A DNA stretch of 64,000 nucleotides from a virus (Duplodnaviria; Heunggongvirae; Uroviricota; Caudoviricetes), in the IMG/VR virus record IMGVR_UViG_3300028610_000968. One strand, written 5' to 3'. Within the stretch, counting starts at the first letter, position 1, and each line of letters starts with the position of its first letter. The position numbers and the translations under genes are program-made. Shown in pieces: positions 16,200 through 23,236 of the stretch. The notes under the pieces are model-generated. The model was given only the letters and a program-made list of their open reading frames with translations, did not search any database and was not told the DNA's origin.

Positions 16200-16433
16200 C
16201 TAAGCTCCTCCATTCTCACTATCTGCTGTTGCACTAAACCAGCTATACTCACATCTTCTACATTTTATAATTAAATATTCTGATTCATCAACAAAGGGTT
16301 GTAAGTCTAACCAACCTGGCATTGTAAAAGCAAACTCTCTTGCATCATTAGTCATTTCTCTATATGTCACATAAGTATAAGTACATAAACACTTAGGGCA
16401 TTGAAAACTCTCAACTAATTTAAAATTTTCCAT
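16200..16433 (-). CDS. Hypothetical Zn-ribbon protein
   Basis: ATG at tRNA-Asn position 76; CPKC...CRRC. Confidence 0.6.
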   Translation of the reverse strand: MENFKLVESFQCPKCLCTYTYVTYREMTNDAREFAFTMPGWLDLQPFVDESEYLIIKCRRCEYSWFSATADSENGGA

Positions 16434-16435
16434 AG

Positions 16436-16508
16436 CTGCTCCACTAGGAGTCGAACCTAGAGCTACTGACTTAACAGGCCAGCGTTCTACCAATTGAACT
16501 ACAGAGCA
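16436..16508 (-). tRNA. tRNA-Asn(GTT)
   Basis: TGCTCTG/TGGAGCA, G73, CTGGC-CTGTTAA-GTCAG. Confidence 0.9.
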
Positions 16509-16840
16509 TTGTATTTTTGTAGTGCTATCCACAGACGAGCTACTGCTTCTTCAGGGGTATCGCCTCTTTTTGTTTCTAGCATTAAGCTATTTGGACTAAT
16601 TCGTGCCTGCGCTACCCAACCAGCACTATATGATGGGTGCATTACTCCCCGAAACCCATCCCCACAAGCAGCTATCAGCTCTGAAAGTGTGGGGACTTCA
16701 TAAAATTCTTTATCAGCCCTACGTGGCCAGTCTCTATAATGATAAAGTTCTTTTGTTGTCGCTCCATAGCAATAGTCAAAGATTCCCTCTTGCGAATACC
16801 CTTTTTCTTCCAGTTCCTTCGCTAATTCATATGTAATCAT
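16499..16840 (-). CDS. Hypothetical phage protein
   Basis: MITYELAKELEEKGY...PTLSELI...TPEEAVARLWIAL; ATG at tRNA-Met position 76. Confidence 0.7.
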   Translation of the reverse strand: MITYELAKELEEKGYSQEGIFDYCYGATTKELYHYRDWPRRADKEFYEVPTLSELIAACGDGFRGVMHPSYSAGWVAQARISPNSLMLETKRGDTPEEAVARLWIALQKYNAL

Positions 16841-16842
16841 AG

Positions 16843-16916
16843 TAGCGGTAGTGGGATTTGAACCCACGACCTTCGGCTCATGAGGCCGACGAGATAGACC
16901 ACTTCTCCATACCGCG
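16843..16916 (-). tRNA. tRNA-Met(CAT), initiator-like
   Basis: CGCGGTA/TACCGCT with C1xU72 mismatch; TCGGC-CTCATGA-GCCGA (lacks the third G-C pair of canonical fMet). Confidence 0.8.
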
Positions 16917-16924
16917 TCGTTTAC

Positions 16925-17362
16925 TTATTTAAAATCTACCACTACGAACTTGTCGTCTTGGTTCAAATATTTATCTAGTATTGGTTCTACATCTTTCCAA
17001 TTTAATTTACCATTTCCGCATCCTACTTTTGGCAAATAAACAGTGTCTACTGTTGTGGCCGCTCCCACAAATGCTAAATTCCTTGTGGATTGTTCAATAA
17101 GAGGTAAATCTGCTTTTTGTTTCCAATGATGTTTGACCGGAAAACTTAACATATGTGGATTAATATAGTGAACAACATTACCGTGTGATTTTATAAACGT
17201 ACCTAAAAGCATTGGAAAATTAGGATACTTCTCTCGAGCCTGTTTTGCTAACCCAGCTCCCATAACACATTCTCCGTTACTCTTAACAAAACCATTTGTG
17301 GGTATTACTATATAATGTCCTTTTTTATGATAATCCCATATGTTTCCTTTAATCACTTTCAT
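16925..17362 (-). CDS. Macro-domain (ADP-ribose binding/hydrolase) protein
   Basis: MKVIKGNIW...IPTNG...VMGAGLAKQAR..YP...FPVKHHW...PKVGCGNGKLNW. Confidence 0.85.
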   Translation of the reverse strand: MKVIKGNIWDYHKKGHYIVIPTNGFVKSNGECVMGAGLAKQAREKYPNFPMLLGTFIKSHGNVVHYINPHMLSFPVKHHWKQKADLPLIEQSTRNLAFVGAATTVDTVYLPKVGCGNGKLNWKDVEPILDKYLNQDDKFVVVDFK

Positions 17363-17364
17363 AG

Positions 17365-17437
17365 TGCTCTCGGTGAGACTTGAACTCGACATCGCTGGAT
17401 TGAAAGTCCAGCATCCTAACCTTTAGACGACAAGAGC
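17365..17437 (-). tRNA. tRNA-Glu(TTC)
   Basis: GCTCTTG/CGAGAGC, CTGGA-CTTTCAA-TCCAG. Confidence 0.88.
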
Positions 17438-17489
17438 ATGAGGGAGTTTTTCACGCCAGGATTACCCCCGAACCTGCTGTACAGTTAAA

Positions 17490-18098
17490 TTAATAAGAAA
17501 CTTGAATCCTTTGAACTCCGCTGAATCCTATGTGTTTAGCTACAGCATTAGTGAGGTCAAACTCCCTACCAGGAGTGTATGGGCCTCTATCAACTACAGG
17601 TGCAGTGACAGTTATCCCATTGTGAGTAATCTTCACAGGTGTACCAAACGGTAAACTCTTGTGAGCTACTCCCCACGTTGAAGCAGTATATACTATACCA
17701 CTAGCTGTTCTATTCCCATACAATCCAGGGCCATACCAAGATGCTAGTACTCCAGAGCCAGAGCTTCCTCTGTTTGTTGTTACTCCAGACGCATACCGTT
17801 TTCGAGATTCGGCTTCCTTAGCTTTCTTGGCTTGTAGTTCTTTTTCTAATCGTTCCCTGTCCTTATTTAAAGTTTCATTATTTTTTTCCAACTTGTTCTT
17901 TTGAATAATCAACTGCTTTTTAATATCTCTTAGTTCTCTCAGTTCATTATTCTTAACTTTGATGGTTTGATTTTTTTGTTCAATCTTGACTTCATGACCT
18001 ATGATTAAATCATTCAACTGCTGTCTATAGCCCACTGCCATACAAGCGACAAGAAATAGAGCTATAACAGCGGTCGCACCGGCCTCACGCCAAGTCAA
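17490..18098 (-). CDS. Membrane-anchored coiled-coil protein with RlpA-like DPBB (lytic transglycosylase) domain
   Basis: N-terminal TM; ASWYG...TASG...AHKSLPFGT.V...VVDRGPY..GREFDL. Confidence 0.85.
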   Translation of the reverse strand: MTWREAGATAVIALFLVACMAVGYRQQLNDLIIGHEVKIEQKNQTIKVKNNELRELRDIKKQLIIQKNKLEKNNETLNKDRERLEKELQAKKAKEAESRKRYASGVTTNRGSSGSGVLASWYGPGLYGNRTASGIVYTASTWGVAHKSLPFGTPVKITHNGITVTAPVVDRGPYTPGREFDLTNAVAKHIGFSGVQRIQVSY

Positions 18099-18157
18099 AC
18101 CATCTTTTTTAAAGTACTTCAGACTGAATCACCTCCCTCAATCTTGTGTACTGTTAG

Positions 18158-18227
18158 TTGGGAGTCTAGGACTTGAACCCAGATTACCGCCCCTCAAGAA
18201 CGGCGTCCTCACTTAGACGAACTCCCA
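18158..18227 (-). tRNA. Atypical tRNA: Gln-like body with TGA (Ser) anticodon
   Basis: TGGGAGT/ACTCCCA (U1-A72), TCGTCTAA D-arm, loop CTTGAGG, 4-nt variable loop. Confidence 0.6.
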
Positions 18228-18252
18228 CACTCCATATCTGGAGCAGTTGCAA

Positions 18253-19683
18253 CTATCTTAAACTAACTTGGTCAATCTTTCTAGTCAAAGCTTTTCTGTC
18301 TGTTTCCAACAATTTCATTATGTCAAATATCTTCTCTGAGAATCCAGAGAAACAAAAGGTACTGTCATTCGGAAATTGTGTACTTCCGTAACCATGTAAA
18401 TCGAAAGAATAAATCTTCGGATTTGCTCCTGTCTTTTTCTTGTACGCTTGTAACGCTGCCGTTGGGACGTTGTACTCCTCCCAAGCCTGCATGTCAGACA
18501 AGATAATTATTCTATCATATTTCCTATTCGCTGTTTCAAAGATGGTATGGAAGTTAGTTCCCCCACCTGGGAAATTGATAGAGTTCGCAATTGTCATTGT
18601 ACTGTCCGAAGGATTTAACGTTTGGTATCTCGCTCTGGTGCTGAACTCAAGAAAATCTGCATTGTTAGCTTTAACCAAAACAGCAGCGAACAAAGTTCCA
18701 ATCTTCTTTGCATCACCAAAGGTCATTGAGCCAGAAGTATCCAAAGCCACCAACGTCTTGCCTTCAAATCTAGGCACATTAGCCAAAGAAATGTCAACAG
18801 CTTTATTCAAAGCCACTGTTATTTCCCTCGCCCCCTCGATATTCCCACCTGTAAATTGCTCAAGTGCTGTGACGAATCTAAAAGGCAGGACTAATGACTT
18901 CCTTATTGCCCTTTCATCCACCAACATTCTCAAAGCCCGGTCTAAAACGATTGGAGCCTGCTCTGCTATGTTTCTTAAATTCCTCAGCAAAGCGAAATAA
19001 CCTAATTTTTCCTCAGTTATCAGCTCGACCCAAGCTCTCTGCTTCAGCTTCGCTTTCTCTTTTTCGTCTTTGGCGTTCTGCCCTGCCTGAGTTAACTTGG
19101 TCTCCCAAGTATCAGTTGACCTCAACTCATCATTGATAAGTTTAGTTAACGCTTCAGTAGGCTTAGGTCTACAACAGTTGACTAAATCAACCAAAGAGAC
19201 AGCGTTGCCCTCACCCCTGTACTTACCTAACCTGTATTCATCGAAACTTCTCAGTCTCTCAGAAAAACCTTTCTTCATTTGGTTAGATATAATCTTGTGT
19301 CCAGTTGCAGCCAGATAAAACGCAGCAATCTCTGTCATATCATCCGGCCTATGAACAACTTTATTGAAAAAATCTTTCGGCCATTCTTCGCCTTTGACTG
19401 TTCTGGCTATCTCAGCAGCCACTACATGAGAAACAGACCTCATGCCAAACTCTGTTCTAGCAAAAACAGCAGCTTTAGCGATAAACTCTTTATCGTCTAT
19501 CCCTTCAACTAACTCTCTTATGCGTTCTACAGTTTGGTTTGAATTTCTGTAATACTGATTTTCCACAAAAGAGGTCAACAGGACAGAAACAATTTCATCT
19601 TTCGATGTTTGTTTGAATGCTTCTCCGCCAGCCTTGTTGACTGTCCTTTTCTTTACCCTTGCTTTTTCGTTGAACTTGCCCAT
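18253..19683 (-). CDS. Ro60/TROVE-domain RNA-binding protein with C-terminal vWA
   Basis: TVNKAGGEAF, ARTEFGMRS, YFALLRNLRNI, PFRF..A, MIDAS motif DTSGSM, ILSDMQ. Confidence 0.93.
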   Translation of the reverse strand: MGKFNEKARVKKRTVNKAGGEAFKQTSKDEIVSVLLTSFVENQYYRNSNQTVERIRELVEGIDDKEFIAKAAVFARTEFGMRSVSHVVAAEIARTVKGEEWPKDFFNKVVHRPDDMTEIAAFYLAATGHKIISNQMKKGFSERLRSFDEYRLGKYRGEGNAVSLVDLVNCCRPKPTEALTKLINDELRSTDTWETKLTQAGQNAKDEKEKAKLKQRAWVELITEEKLGYFALLRNLRNIAEQAPIVLDRALRMLVDERAIRKSLVLPFRFVTALEQFTGGNIEGAREITVALNKAVDISLANVPRFEGKTLVALDTSGSMTFGDAKKIGTLFAAVLVKANNADFLEFSTRARYQTLNPSDSTMTIANSINFPGGGTNFHTIFETANRKYDRIIILSDMQAWEEYNVPTAALQAYKKKTGANPKIYSFDLHGYGSTQFPNDSTFCFSGFSEKIFDIMKLLETDRKALTRKIDQVSLR

Positions 19684-19726
19684 CTACTCCACTCCATTCC
19701 TTTTGGTTTTGTACGCAAAAAATTGC

Positions 19727-19815
19727 AGAGGAAGAAAAACGGTTAGAGTTCGGTGGCACGACACCACCATTTACGTTTCAGAGTCGTTGAAGTAACTCTA
19801 ACCTGACTATCCTCT
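19727..19815 (-). ncRNA. Y-RNA-like unit 1 (no tRNA module)
   Basis: AGAGGA-TAGTCAGG-TTAGAG-TTACTTC...CTCTAA-CCGTTTTTC-TTCCTCT. Confidence 0.75.
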
Positions 19816-19828
19816 TATGTTTAAAATT

Positions 19829-19967
19829 AGAAGGAAGTAAATTGAAAAGGGAGCTTTTTTTACCGCCGCCTTTACCAACTTGGCCATTTCTCCACAAGTG
19901 GAGAAACCAGGATTTGAACCTGGGAATAGCGGTTCCTTAGAAGTAGCCCTTATCTGACTGTCCTTCT
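19829..19967 (-). ncRNA. Y-RNA-like unit 2, YrlA-type with permuted tRNA-like module
   Basis: CAGTCAGA...CTACTTC; T-arm CCAGG-TTCAAAT-CCTGG; closed acceptor TTTCTCCA-CTTG-TGGAGAAA; D-arm GCCAAGTTGGTAAAGGC. Confidence 0.85.
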
Positions 19968-19975
19968 TAAATTGC

Positions 19976-20061
19976 AGAAGAGAGGAAAATGACTAGAGTG
20001 TATGCGGCCCGAGGCCGCGATTCATTTCAGTTGAAGTAACTCTGTGTCTGACTACTCTTCT
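19976..20061 (-). ncRNA. Y-RNA-like unit 3 (no tRNA module)
   Basis: AGAAGAG-TAGTCAGA-CACAGAG-TTACTTC...GCGGCC-TCG-GGCCGC...CTCT...CTCTTCT. Confidence 0.75.
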
Positions 20062-20071
20062 ATTAAAGTTT

Positions 20072-20134
20072 AAAGGGAGAAAAACGACTAGAGTGTTTTC
20101 ACCAAAAGAAGTAACTCTAACCTGACTACCCTTT
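20072..20134 (-). ncRNA. Y-RNA-like unit 4 (minimal, 63 nt)
   Basis: AAAGGG-TAGTCAGG-TTAGAG-TTACTTC-TTTTGGTGAAAACA-CTCTAG-TCGTTTTTC-TCCCTTT. Confidence 0.75.
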
Positions 20135-20232
20135 ATATAGTAGGAACAGGGGGAAATCGAACGCCCTCAAAGACCTGTTTCGGTCAATGTCCTCCAGGAG
20201 TCCCTTATGCTCTAGCTAGAAACATAAAGTTT

Positions 20233-20358
20233 AAAGGGAGAAAATTAACAAGAGAGATTTTAGTGCTCTACCGCTGAGCTACACGCTATGCGTGGCGGGA
20301 ATTGAACCCGCGACCACTCGAATTAAAAGTCGAAGTAACTCTTGTTTGACTACCCTTT
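20233..20358 (-). ncRNA. Y-RNA-like unit 5, YrlA-type with permuted tRNA-like module
   Basis: TAGTCAAA-CAAGAG-TTACTTC; T-arm GCGGG-TTCAATT-CCCGC; closed acceptor CACGC-ATA-GCGTG; D-arm TAGCTCAGCGGTAGAGC. Confidence 0.88.
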
Positions 20359-20364
20359 ATGTAG

Positions 20365-20437
20365 TGGAAAGCGAGGAATCGAACCTCTACCTGTGTTGCG
20401 AACACAACCATCACTTACTAGTGTAAGTTAACTTCCC
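20365..20437 (-). tRNA. tRNA-Ala(CGC) with non-canonical D-arm
   Basis: GGGAAGT/GCTTTCC-A with G3:U70; loop TTCGCAA; D-arm ACTTAC-ACTA-GTAAGT lacks the GG motif. Confidence 0.65.
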
Positions 20438-20438
20438 T

Positions 20439-20513
20439 TGGAGCGAATAACTGGATTCGAACCAGCATCCTACGGTTTGGAAGACCGAGATAATACCGTT
20501 ATACCACATTCGC
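20439..20513 (-). tRNA. tRNA-Gly(TCC); the only full tRNA here with encoded CCA
   Basis: GCGAATG/TATTCGC, U73, CCA; loop CTTCCAA. Confidence 0.9.
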
Positions 20514-20605
20514 ATCTCTGCCCTTTCATCTCTGCCTCTTTCTCTTTGGCTCTCTATCTATTAATACTATAACATTTCTTTTTTCCATTTTTAACTGTGG
20601 GGCTT

Positions 20606-20634
20606 ATAATAACATATAGTTAGGGGCTTGTCAA
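20606..20634 (-). promoter_or_regulatory. Sigma70-type promoter at the head of the RNA island
   Basis: TTGACA-17 nt-TATTAT with extended -10 TG; -35 sits inside the inverted repeat TAGGGG-N8-CCCCTA. Confidence 0.75.
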
Positions 20635-21200
20635 CCCCTAAATGTAAACTTTTTGTAAACTTGCTGCATACCGCTTGCTTGTTCGCTTTTGAATACTAGA
20701 GCAAGTTTAAATTCAGTCCTAACCTCAGCAAACTTTAATCCTAATTCCTTCAAAGCTTCTATTACTCCAACCAAACGAAAGTCATGTAGGATTATTAAAT
20801 CGTCAACCATGTCATAAACATTCTTCATATCTATGATTACCTGTTCTTTGGTATGGTCGCCATCAAGAAAACAAATGTCAAACTTCTCATTCTTTAACTT
20901 TTTTATATCCTTACAAGTTTTTACATTTCTGGGCAAAGACGGCCAAACTGCCTCATGAACCCAAGGGTCTATATCTATTGTAGTCACGCTCCTGGCTGTC
21001 TTGCTTATGTTCGCAGCAGACACTCCTACACCTGTCCCTATTTCTAGTACATCGGCCCCCACGCACAGTAAAGAAATTATCTTAGCTTCTTCATCTGTTA
21101 TAGAGACTCTCTGGCCACCTTGTCCATCTGCTCCTGGTTCACCAGGGTCTTTAGGATTATACCAAGCAGCAGCGTATTGTACTCTCTCTAACTTATTCAA
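20631..21200 (-). CDS. Class I SAM-dependent methyltransferase
   Basis: VLEIGTGVG, TIDID, FDICFLDGDH, ILHD. Confidence 0.85.
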   Translation of the reverse strand: MNKLERVQYAAAWYNPKDPGEPGADGQGGQRVSITDEEAKIISLLCVGADVLEIGTGVGVSAANISKTARSVTTIDIDPWVHEAVWPSLPRNVKTCKDIKKLKNEKFDICFLDGDHTKEQVIIDMKNVYDMVDDLIILHDFRLVGVIEALKELGLKFAEVRTEFKLALVFKSEQASGMQQVYKKFTFRG

Positions 21201-21998
21201 TTAGAATCCTCTAAGACTAGACACCGGAAGCTCCCCTGGACAAGCTGTTGCTTGATTTGGAAAACTATTGTGTCCATCTGTTTCTGAAGCACCAACGCCT
21301 TTGCCCCTAAGAAAAGCTATAAACTTCTTACCAGCTCTAAATTGTTCATCTGTTATTTTACCATCCAAAGATATAAAACAAAGACCATAAGAAACTCTAT
21401 TAAACCCAAATATATGTGCTCCTATTTCAGTACTTGTTCTAAGTAAATTAGGGAACTCGTCTCCAGTTTGTATAGTTCCATCTAGTTTAACTACCGCATG
21501 ATAGCCGCCTTTTCTCCAACCAAATCCACGATGCCATTTATTTATTGTTGCAGCGCCACCGAAAGAAGAAACAGAGATATGTAAAACTAAATTATCCCAT
21601 CTTCTTCCTCCATAAACTAAACTAAAACCAGCTATGGGAGTAATAACACTATCTATTACTCTCCTAATAATTTGTTTTGGTTTTGAGACTAACTTCATTC
21701 TAGCATTGAGTGTGGATGGGCCATAAATTCCATCTACTTTAATGTTAGCCTTTAGTTGAAACTTCTTCAAGGCGCTTATGGTTTTTAATCCAGGCCACCC
21801 ATCTACCGTTCCTGCGCCGTACCCTTTCTTATTCAAATACGTTTGCCAATCTCTACAAATCTCAATTGCTTTTTGTGTGTTCTTTCCTATGTCACCATCA
21901 ATTACTACATCATTGTATTTTTGATGGTCACTGAAAAATCCTTGCTTTCTTAATGCTTTTTGCCAATTCTTTATTTCTGCTTTTGTCATGTTATTCAT
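21201..21998 (-). CDS. Endolysin: peptidoglycan-binding repeats + amidase_2
   Basis: VIDGDIG..T, VDGWPG..T, VDGIYG..T repeats; LHIS, GYH, GAH, GH...ACPG. Confidence 0.9.
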   Translation of the reverse strand: MNNMTKAEIKNWQKALRKQGFFSDHQKYNDVVIDGDIGKNTQKAIEICRDWQTYLNKKGYGAGTVDGWPGLKTISALKKFQLKANIKVDGIYGPSTLNARMKLVSKPKQIIRRVIDSVITPIAGFSLVYGGRRWDNLVLHISVSSFGGAATINKWHRGFGWRKGGYHAVVKLDGTIQTGDEFPNLLRTSTEIGAHIFGFNRVSYGLCFISLDGKITDEQFRAGKKFIAFLRGKGVGASETDGHNSFPNQATACPGELPVSSLRGF

Positions 21999-22022
21999 CT
22001 CCTTAATTTTCTATTAAAATAT

Positions 22023-22208
22023 CTACATAAACCAAGCCATTTTTCTTGTCTGTTTGCTTGAAATAATAACCTCTACAACCACCTGTGTTACTCTTGCCTT
22101 CTGGGTGTCTGGAGTGACGATTGTCTCAACCGGCAATTGTGTTACCCTGGCCGCCCTGTCTGTGGTGACAATTACCTCAATAGGTAATTGTGTTATTCGA
22201 CCAGCCAT
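22023..22208 (-). CDS. Small virion-associated hypothetical protein
   Basis: Three internal R(I/V)TQ(L/V).(I/V)E repeats; overlaps the stop of the upstream gene. Confidence 0.55.
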   Translation of the reverse strand: MAGRITQLPIEVIVTTDRAARVTQLPVETIVTPDTQKARVTQVVVEVIISSKQTRKMAWFM

Positions 22209-23221
22209 TAGCTAATCAACTTTATTCCGGCCTCTATGTCGTTGACATCCGCAATAGTCCAAGGCTCCCCACCACCATCGGGATTCTCATCGTAATAGTC
22301 GGTGTAATAGAGATAGCTGTCTCCTATGCTTTTAGTAGAACCATCAGTCTCAGTTGTGCCTTGTTCAAGTATGGTGGCGATAGAACGTGAACCGCCATCA
22401 TCCTTACGACAACAAGCATGTACAGCAACCGCCTGGACTGTTCCCGATGTAGTGTCTAAATTTGTCATCGTGTATAAATCCTTTTCAGTAGCGGTGTCGT
22501 GAGAATTGTATGTCGAGTCGTCGTCTATTACATATTCCTCATCTACGTTCTGCCAGTTTGCTTCTCCACCGTCAGGGTATCGTGACCATTGAGCGGAGCC
22601 ACCAGCCCCATTACATCGTAGAGTCTCAATCTTTATGTCGCCGTAATAACCAGAGTCGTTAATATAGAGATCGTCATAGAGGGTCGCAGCGGTACTGCTT
22701 GTGGAGTACAGCTTTATGTCATCCATTGTGGCGTTGCCTGTTGTTTGCGTGTCACCCGAAAAACTTATCTCGGGAGTCTCGTTGATTCTTACATCAAACA
22801 CGCCGCTTGAGTTGTGAATCGTAAGCTTGACTTCAATGTAGTACCAAGCCGAAAGACTAAGAGGAGTCGAGCCCGTTGCAAGCAAGGTTCCTGAAAATTC
22901 ACGGTCGCGGTAGGCTTGTAGTAGTCCCCCTTGAGTTATCGCCAGAGTGCATTGAACCGTTCCTGCATCCCTAAACTCCATAATCATTTCATTTGAACCA
23001 GCGGTATGTGCTCCAATCTTAAACGCCCATCCAAAATAATATGTTGCTGCTGCGGGGATTGTCTTGGAAACCGTTTCTGAATCGTCACGGTTCAACTGCA
23101 AGCAGCGTCCCCCGTTGCGACCGGACGACTCGATTGTTGGAGAGCTTGCGGTGGCGTTCCACTTCTTGAGAATATCCGCTGTTTGATAATGGTCAAAGCC
23201 ATCACAAAATACTACTGCCAT
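22208..23221 (-). CDS. Putative tail/receptor-binding accessory protein (beta-rich)
   Basis: MAVVFCDGFDHY...WYYIEVK...; position in tail module; GC-richer than surroundings. Confidence 0.6.
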   Translation of the reverse strand: MAVVFCDGFDHYQTADILKKWNATASSPTIESSGRNGGRCLQLNRDDSETVSKTIPAAATYYFGWAFKIGAHTAGSNEMIMEFRDAGTVQCTLAITQGGLLQAYRDREFSGTLLATGSTPLSLSAWYYIEVKLTIHNSSGVFDVRINETPEISFSGDTQTTGNATMDDIKLYSTSSTAATLYDDLYINDSGYYGDIKIETLRCNGAGGSAQWSRYPDGGEANWQNVDEEYVIDDDSTYNSHDTATEKDLYTMTNLDTTSGTVQAVAVHACCRKDDGGSRSIATILEQGTTETDGSTKSIGDSYLYYTDYYDENPDGGGEPWTIADVNDIEAGIKLIS

Positions 23222-23236
23222 ATTTTATATTCCTTT

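Noticed and set aside
18158-18227. Opal suppressor tRNA or alternative genetic code
   Set aside because: Anticodon 5'-UGA-3' reads UCA (Ser), not a stop. No CUA, UCA or UUA anticodons were found, and the long structural ORFs are intact under code 11.
19727-20358. CRISPR array interpretation of the repeated GAAGTAACTCT...CTGACT motif
   Set aside because: Units vary in length and sequence, fold as terminal stems with tRNA-like inserts, and lie next to Ro60; no cas genes are seen.
20515-20560. Purine-rich leader with GGCAGAGATG twice, as an antitermination signal
   Set aside because: Only two short copies and no boxA match; not enough support.
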